From contig JAANOX010000258.1 of assembly GCA_020184695.1 (NCBI GenBank), positions 124,001 through 188,000 on the forward strand: 64,000 bases of DNA, written 5' to 3'. Position 1 is the first letter of the stretch. Each line of letters begins with the position of its first letter. A program made the translations under genes and the position numbers. Below, in pieces: positions 1 through 11,350 of the stretch. The notes under the pieces were generated by a model. The model did no database searches, was not told where the DNA came from, and was given only the letters and a program-made list of their open reading frames with translations. Source of the stretch: Histomonas meleagridis 2922-C6/04-290x (lineage: Eukaryota; Protista; Parabasalia).

Positions 1-3000
1 GCAATTCTTCATCACATATCAACAAAATTTCCAGAACAAATTGTTTATGATTTTAAAACCGTTACTTCCACTTCAATATATGGTTATAATATGCCACAAC
101 GTTTTCTTCAAATCTCTTTAATATCATTAAATCTTCAACAAATATCTTATCATTTATCAACGTTTGTTTGGGGAGGTAAAGCAATTAAATCATATGAAGG
201 TCATATACCATATTTTCTTCAATTTTTTCGAGATTATAATCTTACAGGATGTGGCAAAATTAATCTTTCCAACTTTAAAATTCTTGAATCCAAAATCAGT
301 AAATATGGAACAGAAATACATTGTACTGTTAATGATATTATTTCACCCAAAGTTAATTCTTCATCTCAAATTTTAAGTCATCTTGAACCAATTTGGAAAG
401 AACAAAAAGAAATCCGAAGAAACATGAACATTGATACAGAACCAGCAATTACATTTACAAGTCGTAGAGATCTTTTATTTACACAACGTCTTCCACAAAT
501 AGAACCATCACAAATTCCACCAACATCACAAGAATTAGAAAATCTTTTAGAATATCTCGAAAAATATGATCCTAATAAATCACTTGAATCAATTGAAAAT
601 GAAGAACAACGTACGCAACTTGAAGTTGATTCTATTTTAAGCGAAGGCCCGATTTTTCATTGTCCATCAACATTTGACGTGCGACCGTTAACATGCACTC
701 TATCGGATTTAACATCACAAGTCACAACGATAGACACTTTTGCTACCAAACTTATTGTTCAAGAAAATAAATCATTTTTTAAATATACCAAAGAAACCTT
801 TAATCAAAATGAAGAAGAAGAACTTAATGAAGAACAACCTGAAGAAGACACTCAAGAAGAAAATCATTCATCAGAAAACATTTCAATTTTATTTCTAGAA
901 ATTGGATGTAAACCACGTCCAAACTTATTACCAGATCCTGAACATGATCCAATTATTTTTATTATTTATTCCTTTTATTTAAATGATAAAATACTTGAAA
1001 CCGGCGTCATATATAACGGTCCCAAATTTCAATACCCCATTCAATGCATGTACGTTAACGACGAGCCGACACTTTTTTCTAAACTTATCAATTTGATTCT
1101 TCGATTAAATCCAGATATTATTGTAGGCTTTAATACTGAGAAAGAATCAATTGGTTATATTAATGAACGTTCAATTTATTTAGGCATCACCAATTTTTAT
1201 GATGAAATTTCACGAGTTAAAAAACATTTTACATCATTCGAAGATGTCCGTAATATTGGCGGACGAATTATTTTTAATGTATGGCGAATAATTCGTGGGA
1301 TAGAACGCTTACGTATTTATACAATAACTAACATTAGTGACAAAATATTAGGTATTCCATTTCCAGAGATTACTAATGAACAAATATTAACATGGCTTGA
1401 AATTACGCCGTATAAATATATCTTTTTTATATATAACAAAATGAACATAGTTCTTAGTCTTATTCGAAAGTTAAATTTAATTCCATATATCTGTGAATTA
1501 ACTCAAGTTTTTGGTATTGATATATGTTCGACATTAACAAGAGGATCACAATTCCATACTGAATCATTATTATGTCGTGTCTCGAAACGAATGAATTATT
1601 TGTTATATACGCCAACGCGGAAAGAAATGATGAGCCAAAGAGCGCCAATGAGTATTCCATTAGTAATGGAGCCCAAAAGCGGATTTTATTCGAACCCTGT
1701 TATGGTGATTGATTTCCAATCGTTATATCCATCGACAATCATTGGTTATAATTTATGTTATTCAACGATTTTGGGAAGAGTAGAAAACATTAAAAAAGGT
1801 TTCGGTCAAATTGGTTGTGTCGAGAATTATCAAATCGATATGAAGAAAGTGAATGAAATGATAAATAATTCGGATGTAATTAATACGCCAAATGATGTGT
1901 TGTTCGTGAAGAAAAACGTAAGAAAAGGTATATTCCCAATTATGTTGGAACAAATATTAAACTTAAGGAGTTATATTAAGGATACAATTAAAAATACAAA
2001 AAATGTGAAACTTTTGTCTGTATTAGATTCAAGACAAAAAGCATTGAAATCTTTCGCTGCTTGTATTTATGGGTATACAAGTGCTCATTATTCAGGTAGA
2101 ATGCCTTGCGTAGAGTTGGGGGATTCGATTGTGGAATGTTCGCGTCATCTAATTGAATTCGTATTAAATTATATCGAAAAAAATTATGAAAACTTAACGG
2201 TGTTGTACGGAGATACCGATTCTTTGTTTATTATGATGCCAAATTCATCAAAAGAAAAATGTTTCAAATTCGCAGAAAATTTATGTAAAGAAATTAGTTC
2301 GTTTTTCCCATCGCCGATAAAAATTAAGTTGGAAAAAATTTACTACGGAGTGTTCTTGGTGAACAAGAAACGTTATTGTGGTTGGATGTACGAAAATGTT
2401 CATCAAAATAAATTAACATTTGATGTGAAAGGTTTGGAAATTAAAAGACGCGATTCATGTTTGTTGGTGTCTAAAGTGATGACTGATGTATTAGAATTAA
2501 TTCAAAAATATCATAATATTGATATCGCAAAAGATAAATTTATTGAATATATCAATGGGATTTGTAACAATTCTATCCCTTTGGGTGATTATATATTCGC
2601 TAAAGAAATTAGACCTGGTACTTACAAAGTTAAGCCACCAGTGGCGTACGTTAGCGAAACATTAGAAAAAAGTGACCCGCGTAAAAAGCCGATATACGGT
2701 GAACGCATTCAATATGTCATAGTTTCATCGGCGCCGAAGTCAAAATTAATTGAAAGGGTCGTATCGGTTAACGAATATTTGGAAAAAAATTTAAGAATCG
2801 ATATAAATTATTACATATTAAAACAAATTATACCTTCGTTAGGGAGGGTATTAGAAACTATTGGCGTTGATGTAAATCAATGGATTAAAAATATTAATAT
2901 TAATTTATATAAAATTCCATATTATCCATTTAAGAAAAATTACAAGCAAATTACAATTTTAGAAAGATATTGCAAACAAGTGATTTGTCCTTTGTGTGAA

Positions 3001-3270
3001 AAAGAATGTAAAAATAATAAAATTTCTAGATTTTGTAATAGTTGTTTAAATAATGGAGGGAAAAAAGAATGCATTTTCGAATTGGTGAAAAGAGTTAAAC
3101 TGTTCGAAAGACAATATTTTGAGTGTTTGGAAAAATGTAGTAAATGTGCAAATATAGATGGAATTGATAAGGACGCATTTTGCTGTTATTCATGTGATAA
3201 CTATTGGAAATGCGCTTTAGCTAAAGAAAAAATGGATACATATCAATCTTATCTCGAAATTAATGAATAA
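1..3270 (+). CDS. REV3: DNA polymerase zeta catalytic subunit (family B); 5' end lies before the window
   Basis: PolB motifs VIDFQSLYPS and YGDTDS, REV3-type TRGSQF and HIPYFLQFFRDYNL segments, C-terminal Cys clusters. The frame is open from base 1 (…SIYGYNMPQ), so ATG 91 is internal. Confidence 0.92.
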   Translation, partial: AILHHISTKFPEQIVYDFKTVTSTSIYGYNMPQRFLQISLISLNLQQISYHLSTFVWGGKAIKSYEGHIPYFLQFFRDYNLTGCGKINLSNFKILESKISKYGTEIHCTVNDIISPKVNSSSQILSHLEPIWKEQKEIRRNMNIDTEPAITFTSRRDLLFTQRLPQIEPSQIPPTSQELENLLEYLEKYDPNKSLESIENEEQRTQLEVDSILSEGPIFHCPSTFDVRPLTCTLSDLTSQVTTIDTFATKLIVQENKSFFKYTKETFNQNEEEELNEEQPEEDTQEENHSSENISILFLEIGCKPRPNLLPDPEHDPIIFIIYSFYLNDKILETGVIYNGPKFQYPIQCMYVNDEPTLFSKLINLILRLNPDIIVGFNTEKESIGYINERSIYLGITNFYDEISRVKKHFTSFEDVRNIGGRIIFNVWRIIRGIERLRIYTITNISDKILGIPFPEITNEQILTWLEITPYKYIFFIYNKMNIVLSLIRKLNLIPYICELTQVFGIDICSTLTRGSQFHTESLLCRVSKRMNYLLYTPTRKEMMSQRAPMSIPLVMEPKSGFYSNPVMVIDFQSLYPSTIIGYNLCYSTILGRVENIKKGFGQIGCVENYQIDMKKVNEMINNSDVINTPNDVLFVKKNVRKGIFPIMLEQILNLRSYIKDTIKNTKNVKLLSVLDSRQKALKSFAACIYGYTSAHYSGRMPCVELGDSIVECSRHLIEFVLNYIEKNYENLTVLYGDTDSLFIMMPNSSKEKCFKFAENLCKEISSFFPSPIKIKLEKIYYGVFLVNKKRYCGWMYENVHQNKLTFDVKGLEIKRRDSCLLVSKVMTDVLELIQKYHNIDIAKDKFIEYINGICNNSIPLGDYIFAKEIRPGTYKVKPPVAYVSETLEKSDPRKKPIYGERIQYVIVSSAPKSKLIERVVSVNEYLEKNLRIDINYYILKQIIPSLGRVLETIGVDVNQWIKNININLYKIPYYPFKKNYKQITILERYCKQVICPLCEKECKNNKISRFCNSCLNNGGKKECIFELVKRVKLFERQYFECLEKCSKCANIDGIDKDAFCCYSCDNYWKCALAKEKMDTYQSYLEINE

Positions 3271-4130
3271 TAAAATAAAATTATTTGATTTTTTTATTGC
3301 AAAAAGAAAATAATTATTTTCTTGTTTGTAATTTGAGAAAATGAAATAATTTAATTCGATAATATTAATTCTTCTTCACAACAATTTACATAATTACCTA
3401 AAATTTCTTGTGTATTATTTTGATCATATGAAATTGATTAATAAATGTTAATGATAATAATGTGACATCAATAGAATTCGGTACCACTATAATTCGTTTC
3501 GATGGATTAATTAACCATTTCTTTTCGCTCGGATAATATTAATGGTCAGAACACGATAGGTGCACCTCTCAAAAAGTGACATGTTTTTGCACTTTTCGTA
3601 AAATAAACAAATACCTTTTAATTTCAATTTTTGGCAAAACGATTACGAATAAAAGGTTATCTGCATCATTCGCATAAACTGATGTTCAAAAAAGGAAACA
3701 GCTTATGATGAAGACATAAATAAATTACATGTATGGAACACAACCAATTAAGGAAACGGGAATAGCCAACCATCAGCTTTTAACTAAATCTTCTTCTTTA
3801 TAAATGCTTTCGATTTAAATTTTTATTTTATGTACACTTTAGTTGTTCATTTACACCAAAATGATAATATAAGTTAAAATATTAGAAAAAATTTACAAAG
3901 TTTTTGTTTTGAAAAGTGTTACGATCGTTTTTAAAAAAAAGTGAATTTCTTATTCGAACCATTATCAATTATATCCAATAATTGGACGCTTAAATGAATT
4001 CAAATAAGTAATAAAAAAGTAGCGTAAAAATTAATGTTATTGTATCTTAATTTTTAATACTGAAACTTTATTGCTTCTGAGATTCGGATTAAAAAAAATA
4101 TGTAAATGAAAAAGTGTCATTTAATAAGAA

Positions 4131-6017
4131 ATGAATGATTTTTCTTCAACTACAAACAATTTAAAAAGAGATAATATTAATAATGAAAGTCACACCATTA
4201 GTCTAGAAGATCTTATTTCTCTCAAAAAATTAATATTTAATTTAACAGAAGAGAATCTTGTTTTTTCAACTCAACAAACAATGAAATTATTTGATTTAAC
4301 TTTTCCACATTCATTTAATTATATTACAAGTAAATTAGTTTACTTTGCATTTTATTCACAACATAAAGAAAGTTTTATTTATGTTAAATATTTACAATCA
4401 ATTCAAAACGAAGAAGAAACATATAAAAACATTCCAAAAATCATTGAATTTTTTTATAAATATATTTCTGAAATTGAATCACAAGAAGCATATTATCTAA
4501 TTGATAAAATGATTGAATACAATTTAATTCATAAAGATATTATTAAAAACATTAAATCAAAATATTTTTCACATTACAGAGCAAAAAATGAAAACGAAAA
4601 ACAAAAAAAAATTCATGATAATTTTTATAAATATTATAATGATAATTATATAAAACTTTCACAAAATGATTGGGAACTTCATAAACAATATATTAAAGAA
4701 GGGCATAATCCGAATGAAATTGCGAAAATAATTCGAAATGATGAAATCGAAAAACTTCAAGAAATATCATCGGAAACAAATTTTGATTTTAATCAAAAAA
4801 TTGAGCCATCACTTTATGAAAGATGTTCATTTGTTAATAAAGAAAATGTTACATTAATTGATTATGCAGCATTTTTTTCATCAGTTAAATGTTTTAAATA
4901 TTTGCTTATGAATGGCGCTAATGTAAATAACACAGGTAAATATGCAGTTGCAGGTGGAAATGTAGAAATCATTCATTTATGTGAACAAAATCATTCTTCA
5001 TTTGACAATGTATATGAAACTGCAATTAGATTTCATCAAAATGATATCTTTAAATATCTTTATGAGAATGAAATTGCTGAAATTAACAGTTTAGAAGAAT
5101 TAGGGAAAAAATGTATTTTATATAATAACTATGAACTTTTATCATTTTTATTTAAAGAAGGATTGGAGGTTAATGATGATATCATTAATGAATTGTCAAG
5201 AGATGGAAACATATTTCTTGTCAAATATTTTCTTAAGGAAAATAATCCACCAGAAAATATTTTATTCTTTGCTGCAATATCAGGAAATATCGAACTCGTA
5301 AAATATGTTTTAAAACAAAAAGGTATTGATGTTAATGCCAAAGATTTTTATATGTTATATTTATATTTTATTTTGATTATTTGGTATTTCAAAATAATAT
5401 TTGGAAATTATTTCTATTATTTAATACAGCACTTATGTTAGCATCTAATCTAGTTAATATAGAAATAGTTAAATTACTTCTTGAACAAGAAGGAATTGAT
5501 GTTAATCCTAAAAATATTTTTTGTTTTTGTTTAAAATTAATTTTACTAATTTTTGGTTTCAAAATTTTGTTTGGAAATTATTTAAATTATTTGAAACATT
5601 ACTTTCAATACTTATTATGTATAATGAAGTGGAAATTTTTAAATTACTTCTCCAACAGAAAGGAATAGATGTTAATGCTAAAGGCTTTTGTTTGTTTTAT
5701 TTTGGATTTATGTTGATAATTTCGTAATTCAAAATAATATTTGGAAATTATTTCTATTATTTAATACAGCACTTATGTTCGCATCTATTCTAGGTAATAT
5801 AGAAGTCGTAAAATTACTTCTTGAACAAAAAGGAATTAACATAAATGATAAAGACATTTAATCTTTTTTATATGATTTTTATTATGATAATTTTCTATTT
5901 CAAAATAATATTTGGAAATTATTCAAATTATTTCAAACAGCACTTATGAAAGCATCTTCAAATGGTCATATAGAAATAGTTGAATTACTTCGTAACGTAT
6001 CGTTTCAGCAGTCTTGA
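4131..6017 (+). CDS. Ankyrin gene A: DUF3447-like N-terminus plus ankyrin repeats split by 4 intervening sequences
   Basis: ORF 4131-5441 has the NPNEIAKIIRNDEIEKLQ…TLIDYAAFF core. Net inserts of 68 nt (about 5355-5422, 5525-5592, 5695-5762) and 69 nt (about 5856-5924) separate intact TAL…GIDVNAKD repeats. The last repeat ends at TGA 6015-6017. Confidence 0.75.
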
Positions 6018-6371
6018 ATGATCAAGACAATAAATAAAAACAAAATGATATAATTTTTTTTTAATCCTCAAGTAAAAGCGTATTCAAAGATAACGTCTTG
6101 TATCTAATCTTTTACATGTTGATGATTTTCTGATATTTACTCATGAAATATAATTCTTTTTTCGGCTATTTGTTTAATAATTTTTCTAATAAATGGGATT
6201 AAAAAGAGGTTCTCGAAGGAAGTGAGGTTAGGTACCATAGAAGACTTTAAATAGTTTACATAAATTTGAAAGTTACGATAGATAATTTCACTTAACATTT
6301 CTATCCATTCTTCTTTCCAAATAATTTCATAATTATTATTTTTATATACAACAATTTTATTTAAACATAAC

Positions 6372-6962
6372 TTATATCATTGCAGGAAAATCAAATACCA
6401 TATTTGATATATCAATTTCTTCTTCAGAATCTTCTTTTTCTTTTTGGGTATAAACCTCATTAGAAACCTGGTTTTCATGCAACTCTACAAGAAAAGAATC
6501 AATAAATGAATCAGACAATTGTATTGATTCAATTTGTTTTGTAATTTCAGCTTCAAATTGATTGTTTAATGGTGAAACAAATCTTTTTCGTTGGTTCCTA
6601 AAAAAATCTCTTACTTGTCTTTTGGTCAAAGAACTCTTTTGACATAATAAATTAATATCTTCAGGAGTGATAAATGGATCATTTAAGCTATGAATTAAGT
6701 GAGCTTTTAATAAAATCCTAGGATCATTCTTTTTTAATGAAATACTTGTTTTTATTTCATTTGTAGTGTCATTAATAAATTTTTTTAATCGAATTAATCC
6801 ATCTGATTCATTATCAAATTGTTCCGTTTGAAAGTCCATGGCTTTTACGATTCCATCGTAGCCCAAAGAGTGAGCTTCCCTAAATTTTGGTTCTGTGTTG
6901 GAAAAGTTTTTCGGAAACATTTTTTTTCCAAAGAAACGGCTTTTTGGCAATTCAAATTTCAA
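6372..6962 (-). CDS. TALE-like homeodomain protein
   Basis: LKAHLIHSLNDPFITPEDINLLCQKSSLTKRQVRDFFRNQRKR matches homeodomain helices 1-3 with the TALE loop. Confidence 0.7.
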   Translation of the reverse strand: MKFELPKSRFFGKKMFPKNFSNTEPKFREAHSLGYDGIVKAMDFQTEQFDNESDGLIRLKKFINDTTNEIKTSISLKKNDPRILLKAHLIHSLNDPFITPEDINLLCQKSSLTKRQVRDFFRNQRKRFVSPLNNQFEAEITKQIESIQLSDSFIDSFLVELHENQVSNEVYTQKEKEDSEEEIDISNMVFDFPAMI

Positions 6963-7384
6963 TACAATGCATCAAAATAACCGCTCAATTTCAAATACTA
7001 TTTCGGTTTGGAAAGACGATAAATCAAACGGTTTTGAAAACCTTCAGATTTACCTAACTTTCAATTTTATTTTACATGGGTATGATGACCAGTAATGAAT
7101 TTGGCTATTTCTGTGAATCCATATTGAGATGGGAGCATAAGTGATGTTCTAAACGATTCACATAATCTCCTAGTGTCATTTCGACATCCTAAATTATTCC
7201 AAAAAATATTAAATAACATTAATAACCGCCGAATAGTGTGGACAATAGTTAGGAAAATGCACGGATATTGGTAGGAAAATTTTGTTGAATTTTAAATAAC
7301 TATACAGTTTTTTTAAATGTTCATATACCTTGTTTACTGTATTAAAATCTTTGTGTTTATATAAAAATCGACCAAATAATTCTT

Positions 7385-9436
7385 TTATCTAATTATAACT
7401 GAGAAATTTTCATTTTTCAAACCCCAATCATCACTGTCATAATAAGGAGAACATAATTTACATGTACCTTTACAAGTATATTCATTTTAGTACCTCTTCA
7501 GAATTAGCCACAGAAGGTCTAAACATGTTTTGTCTTGGGTGTCTTTGATGTATAATCAAAGGATATACGAACATTCTTGCGAATCCAGGCGCGAATTTCA
7601 TCATTCTTGCTTGAAACACAGTATCAACGCCTGGGTTTGCAGGCAATTCATTAAATCCTTGGACTGCATCCCATAAATCCTTCGAAAGCAAAGGAAATCT
7701 CCTGTTGCGCAAGGATAACTTTTCTTTGAGAATGCGTCTGAAGAGTCAACAATAGCAAATCTATAAGATCCATGACCACAACGTTGGTTTATATCCATTT
7801 TCCTTAATTTCCATATTTCGGTTACATTTCCAATTAGTTCCATCATAGTAATTCCATCGTTTTTCAAAGTTGTATCTCTTTGATCCCATCTTAACGCACG
7901 ATACATAATCGCTTCATTAAATTGGCGCGCTGCAATTAACTCGAACAATTCGGTAGAGAATAAATCATCGGTATTTGCTGTCAACACAAATTTACCAAAC
8001 GATCTACGTGTACCAATATTTTTCGCTATGTATTCGAAAAACGCCATTTTTTTATTCAGTTTTTCACATAATTTTTCATGTGATTTCGGCGGTACAATTA
8101 TATAGCGAACTTTGTTACGTAAATTAGGCCCTATAACAAATTCTTCGGATAAAAGTGTGGTAGTTTCGGCTGTTGCATAATCAACAAATACAACTTCTAT
8201 ATTAGCGAGTGGTACTTGACTTAATGCATAATCTATTGATGTTAATGTGTTCTGTGATCGCATCATATAACCACCTGAAAAATTATCATGTCGACCTGTT
8301 ACAACGATACTCATATAAGGAATTGGATTTTCCTTATATGAGAAATCTTTATATGCTTCAGTAAGCATTTGATGTACATCGGAATTTGGTGAACCAATGT
8401 GTTCGATTTTATTTGGCTGTGGTAATTTATCTATTTTATGTGAATAATTACGAAAATGAATTTTACATTGTGAAAGATGTAAAGTGTTAAGAACATTTTG
8501 AATGGATGCTTCAATCGTTGTGTTTGAATATCCTTTAACTAATATATGTTCTGTTGTTTGCTTATGAAGTTGTTGAATTATAAAATCAGCCGCTTCTGAT
8601 GATGAAATACTTTGATATGTTGAATAAGGGGAATATTCTATGTGAGAATAGCCAACTTTAAGGCATTCACGTACTGATCGCATTGTCGGATTTTCAAGAT
8701 CATGAACTGCGGTTGAATCAATAAGATATGGCATTTCAATAAAACTACCTCCATTTGATATTACTGTTTGCATTACATCTGAATAAAGAGGTTGTGATGT
8801 TGCAAAAATAAAGTTTATGTTTTTGGTTTTAAGAAATTTGGTTAATCCCTCAACATATTTTTTTTGAAGGTTTTTGATGTAATCTGAACCATCTGATGAG
8901 GTATGACGAATAATGGGTGGTATGTATGTTATATAGGCTTCGGTGATATGAATTCCTTCAAATAAGGTTAAAGTATCTTGTGAAGCAAAATCAATTTCAT
9001 TAATTCCTTCAACAGATATAATTGATTTGCCTTCTTTAGATAATTTTTCTTTTAAAGCGGCTCCAAGTACAGTTTTTTTTCCAACAATTAAAATTTGTGG
9101 ATTACTAAAATTCTTTTGTTCAAAATCTTTATCTATAATACGGCGGAATTCTGATTTTACCTTTTGTCTTTGGATACATTCATCTGAATTTGTGGCAAGT
9201 AAATTTGAATATTTAAAGTTATTTGTAGATTCTGATCCAATTTGTGGGATTACAAGTTTTTTAAATGGATTGACTCTAGTTTTTAATTCGGGTTTATCGA
9301 AATTCACCAATATTGTAACTTTTGGATTAAGCAAAATTACATATGTTGGTAAAAATATTAGTAGTAAAATTAATAATAAAAATAATTTTTTGATTTTAGT
9401 TTTGGGAAAATCATATCTATTATGATTTCTCCGCAT
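7385..9436 (-). CDS. Type II membrane glycosyltransferase-like protein with two 1-nt homopolymer frameshifts near the 3' end
   Basis: N-terminal TM segment (LFLLLILLLIFLPTYVILL) and GT-A-like motifs (SIVVTGRHDN, TANTDDL, GDFL). The frame continues as LLSKDLWDAVQGF after a missing T (~7692) and as NEYTCKG…DDWGLKNE after an extra A (~7487), stopping at 7385. Likely ATG is 9436. Confidence 0.6.
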
Positions 9437-9475
9437 ATAGCCAAATTTATTACAAGAAACAAGAAAGACGTTAAT

Positions 9476-9483
9476 AACGGTTT
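9476..9483. promoter_or_regulatory. M3-like core promoter motif (AACGGTTT) in a 64-bp bidirectional intergenic region
   Basis: Matches the Trichomonas M3 consensus DRCSGYTD and lies between divergent ATGs at 9436 and 9501. Confidence 0.35.
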
Positions 9484-9500
9484 TATACGTTTTTTCTAAA

Positions 9501-10682
9501 ATGTCTCGCAAAGTTAATCATCAAACACAGCAATATCAAAGAACAAATCGATTAAATCAAAAAGAGATCGATAGCAGCTGCTATCGCCTCTCTCGTGCTT
9601 CACCAAAATATTCGACAAGTATTAAAAGTAATCAAAACGAAAGCTTTGCAGAAACATATTATAGTAATAACCAAGTTGACACACGCCCACCAGAAGAAAA
9701 ACTTGAAGAAATAAATGACAAACTTCAAGATAAAGATCTTGATGATGATGAAAAGTTTATACTTCTTGTTCAAAAGCGATCTCTTTGTCAAATGGCATAT
9801 GGTGACAATTCCGCTGAAGCCATTCGTGCTGGTACAGAACTTGGTGCATTTTACAATGAAAGTGGAAAACCCGAAAGTGGTTTACGTAATCTAAACAAAG
9901 CACATCAATCTGCCAAGATAACAAAAGATGAGCTTACAGATGAAGACAAATTTAAACTCGCAGTTGAAATTGCACATTCCAATATATATGCAAAAGCACA
10001 AAATAAGCAAGAAAAGAGCAAAGGAATTCATTCAGCCGACTCGATCCTCAGTCCGTATTCCGAAACTGAAAGCGAAGACAAAGTTTTAAGTTATCGTAGA
10101 TATCTATATCTTGCCAAAATCAAATATTATAAGCGCAAATACACAGAATCCGTCGATTTCTATGAGAAGGCGCTTAATGGATACCAACCACCACCTAAGA
10201 AGAAGAACAAAAAACATGATGATAATGAAGAAGAAGAAAAAGAAGAAGAAAAGAAGAGTTCAGATGAACCAGATCTATACGTTGAAGCAGCCATGGCAGC
10301 CGAGAAAGCTGGAGATGAAGATAAAGCTCATGAGTTCTATAAGAAAGCGTACGATTTATATATCGATCTCGAGTACGAAGAAAAAGCAGAAGCGATTAAA
10401 GATAAAGCTGTAAGAGAGGAAGAAGAAGAGGAAGAGAAGCATTCATCTAGTTCATCTTCTGATAACGAAGAGAAACAAATGGAGGAAGAAGAAGAGAAGA
10501 ATGACGAAGAATATAATAATGAAGGTGAAAAACGTATTAAATTCCAATTACAAGTAAATGAACAAGACCAAGAAACAGAAAAGGAGAAAAGTGACGAAAA
10601 TGAAAAAAGTGATAGTAGCAGTAGTAGTAGTGATAACGAAAACAAAGAAGATAATGAACAACAACAGCTTGAGACTGAATAA
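9501..10682 (+). CDS. TPR-repeat protein with acidic low-complexity C-terminus
   Basis: Helical TPR-like repeats (ELGAFYNE, YLAKIKYY…FYEKAL, AAMAAEKAG) and an E/S-rich tail. Confidence 0.7.
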   Translation: MSRKVNHQTQQYQRTNRLNQKEIDSSCYRLSRASPKYSTSIKSNQNESFAETYYSNNQVDTRPPEEKLEEINDKLQDKDLDDDEKFILLVQKRSLCQMAYGDNSAEAIRAGTELGAFYNESGKPESGLRNLNKAHQSAKITKDELTDEDKFKLAVEIAHSNIYAKAQNKQEKSKGIHSADSILSPYSETESEDKVLSYRRYLYLAKIKYYKRKYTESVDFYEKALNGYQPPPKKKNKKHDDNEEEEKEEEKKSSDEPDLYVEAAMAAEKAGDEDKAHEFYKKAYDLYIDLEYEEKAEAIKDKAVREEEEEEEKHSSSSSSDNEEKQMEEEEEKNDEEYNNEGEKRIKFQLQVNEQDQETEKEKSDENEKSDSSSSSSDNENKEDNEQQQLETE

Positions 10683-10753
10683 ATTTATTCATTTTGGAAT
10701 TGAACACTTTATTAAAAGTGGCATTTGTGAATGGAAAATTGACTATGTTCGTT

Positions 10754-10758
10754 TCATT
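10754..10758 (+). promoter_or_regulatory. Parabasalid initiator-like motif TCATT
   Basis: TCATT lies 3 nt upstream of the Cwc21 ATG at 10762. Confidence 0.4.
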
Positions 10759-10761
10759 AAA

Positions 10762-11106
10762 ATGTACAATGGTTTCGGTGTTCAGACCCCAAGAGGTACT
10801 GGTTCAAGTGGTTACATCATTATAAGTAAGGCCGTGCTAAAAAAGCCTCAAATTGAAGAACCAAAAACTGCAAAGACAACAAGAAAATTCTCAAAAGCAT
10901 TAGAAGATCATGAAAAAAGAAGGAAAATTGAGTCACAATGTTACTCTTATAGAAAAAAACTTGAAAAAGAAAATAAACCTACTGAAGAAATAGAAAAATT
11001 AGTTAATAATTTAAGAAGTTCTTTAACTGAAAAAGCATTCCCAAAGGAAGCAGCCGAATCAAAAAAAGTGGAAGTTAGTGAGGAAAAGAAAGACCAACCA
11101 AAATAA
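10762..11106 (+). CDS. CWC21: Spliceosomal Cwc21/SRRM2 N-terminal (cwf21) domain protein, 114 aa
   Basis: N-terminus MYNGFGVQTPRGTGSSGY and the EDHEKRRKIESQCYSYRKKLE cwf21 helix. The true ATG is 10762. Confidence 0.85.
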   Translation: MYNGFGVQTPRGTGSSGYIIISKAVLKKPQIEEPKTAKTTRKFSKALEDHEKRRKIESQCYSYRKKLEKENKPTEEIEKLVNNLRSSLTEKAFPKEAAESKKVEVSEEKKDQPK

Positions 11107-11350
11107 TGATGAACCATTAAAATTAATCAGATTAATTTTCTTATATTCTATAAAACGTTTTAACATTAATTTTTGGTGTTTTTTAACAGAGTTATTTTTG
11201 ACAAAAACAATGTTTTTTTCTGGAAAAAGTTTTTGTGAATGGAATGTAAAAAACAAAATTCGTAATGCTCAGATTAAGAAAAAAATATTGAGCTAATTAA
11301 ATATTATAAAACCATGAATATATTTTAACGAGAAAAAAATAATAATCTAT

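Noticed and set aside
3400-3800. Slightly GC-richer intergenic stretch (similarly 46440-46900) as possible ncRNA or relic gene
   Set aside because: No tRNA, snRNA or rRNA motif and no identifiable protein fragment could be read.
5355-5933. Inserts as sequencing or assembly artefacts
   Set aside because: They have conserved length, position and sequence at seven loci on both strands, with copy-specific substitutions. Assembly noise elsewhere in the window is only 1-2 nt in homopolymers.
9437-9511. Upstream start extensions given by the ORF track (9511; also 10558, 12081, 12168, 22326, 26044, 45174, 50720)
   Set aside because: They overlap neighbouring genes or promoters or use TTG. Family-typical N-termini and Inr-like motifs point to the downstream ATGs.
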